DNA of 46,314 bases, from contig JAZNQM010000172.1 of NCBI GenBank assembly GCA_045590175.1, positions 1-46,314 of the forward strand, in the 5' to 3' direction. Both the position numbers and the translations under genes were made by a program. Positions 46,226-46,314 of the stretch are shown here, in pieces (the stretch's first letter is position 1; each line of letters begins with the position of its first letter). The DNA is from Acutalibacteraceae bacterium (GTDB lineage: Bacteria; Bacillota; Clostridia; Oscillospirales; Acutalibacteraceae). Below the pieces are notes generated by a model. It was given only the letters and a program-made list of their open reading frames with translations, made no database searches and had not been told where the DNA came from.

Positions 46226-46314
46226 TAACCTCGGCAAAGCCCTGGGCACGACGGGTGTCTGAGCCCAGAAATATAACATCCTCCATTGAAGCTCCGCGAA
46301 GGCTTTTGGTGGAT
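46203..46314 (-). pseudogene. smc: smc 5' fragment (partial at the window edge), ending in a spacer-borne stop
   Basis: Read in the SMC-like frame, copy 1 gives STKSLRGASMEDVIFLGSDTRRAQGFAEV, then KSEAKRS, then TAG (46205-46203). Confidence 0.5.
46226..46314. repeat. 89-bp perfect direct repeat, copy 1 (truncated by the window end)
   Basis: Identical to 46054-46142. The repeat may extend beyond the window. Confidence 0.95.

Noticed and set aside
46143-46226. The spacer inside smc looks tRNA-like at first glance. It has an 8-bp terminal stem and a GGCCAAGCGGTC segment resembling a class II tRNA D-loop.
   Set aside because: There is no T-arm (GTTCRANYC) on either strand. No 5-bp anticodon stem with a 7-nt loop sits in the right place, and the length and stem spacing do not fit a cloverleaf, including the tRNA-Sec 8/5 form. 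I also found no hammerhead CUGAUGA core.
46190-46279. The ORF-track smc start at 46279 (MLYFWAQTPVVPRALPRL...).
   Set aside because: This ATG lies in repeat copy 1 but out of the SMC frame. The peptide is simply the frameshifted reading of the duplicated segment.
1-46314. Search for CRISPR arrays, IS elements, integrases, toxin-antitoxin pairs, restriction or other defence genes, and rRNA/tRNA genes.
   Set aside because: I saw none. All sizeable ORFs are accounted for by housekeeping or carbohydrate genes. The only repeats found are the two gene-internal duplications and one 11-bp tandem repeat.

Overview
This window reads as core chromosome from a spore-forming Firmicute (Clostridia; the gene order looks Oscillospiraceae/Ruminococcaceae-like, which is inference only). 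About 50 genes are tightly packed, mostly on the minus strand. In window order:
- rplL.
- A small AraC-controlled GH29 fucosidase locus plus an esterase.
- A complete rnfCDGEAB operon.
- spoIIGA-sigE.
- A class A PBP.
- ftsE-ftsX-M23 peptidase-S41 protease, with a small convergent BofC-like gene.
- A CdaR/PucR regulator, mnmA and a PHP phosphoesterase.
- asnB followed by two tandem paralogous zinc-ribbon membrane proteins.
- An orphan MsmX-type sugar ABC ATPase.
- rsuA, DUF4830, ispD-ispF, a CD1247-like acidic zinc-ribbon protein, efp, an M24 peptidase, aroQ, an Nfo-like TIM-barrel protein, yqeG and rpsU (58 aa, absent from the ORF track).
- A long operon smc-ftsY-yhbY-nadD/yqeK-LCP-rsfS-leuS-GH130.

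I found no rRNA, tRNA, CRISPR array, transposase, integrase, or recognisable defence or toxin genes. Stop/start overlaps (TAATG six times, ATGA at ftsE/ftsX) indicate translational coupling.

I do not see a convincing novel multi-gene system. The most unusual structure is at the extreme right edge. The 5' part of smc carries an 89-bp perfect direct repeat flanking an 83-bp spacer. The spacer supplies a stop codon, a Shine-Dalgarno-like motif and an in-frame ATG, and the second repeat copy runs into the window end. This is either a real split or reversible disruption of smc, or an assembly artefact.

Secondary points of interest:
- The mosaic tandem paralogs at 23.4-25.0 kb.
- A homologous cytoplasmic tail shared by the PBP and the LCP enzyme.
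- A GH130 gene embedded after leuS.
- A NadD-YqeK fusion.
- A Cys-rich tail on RnfE.
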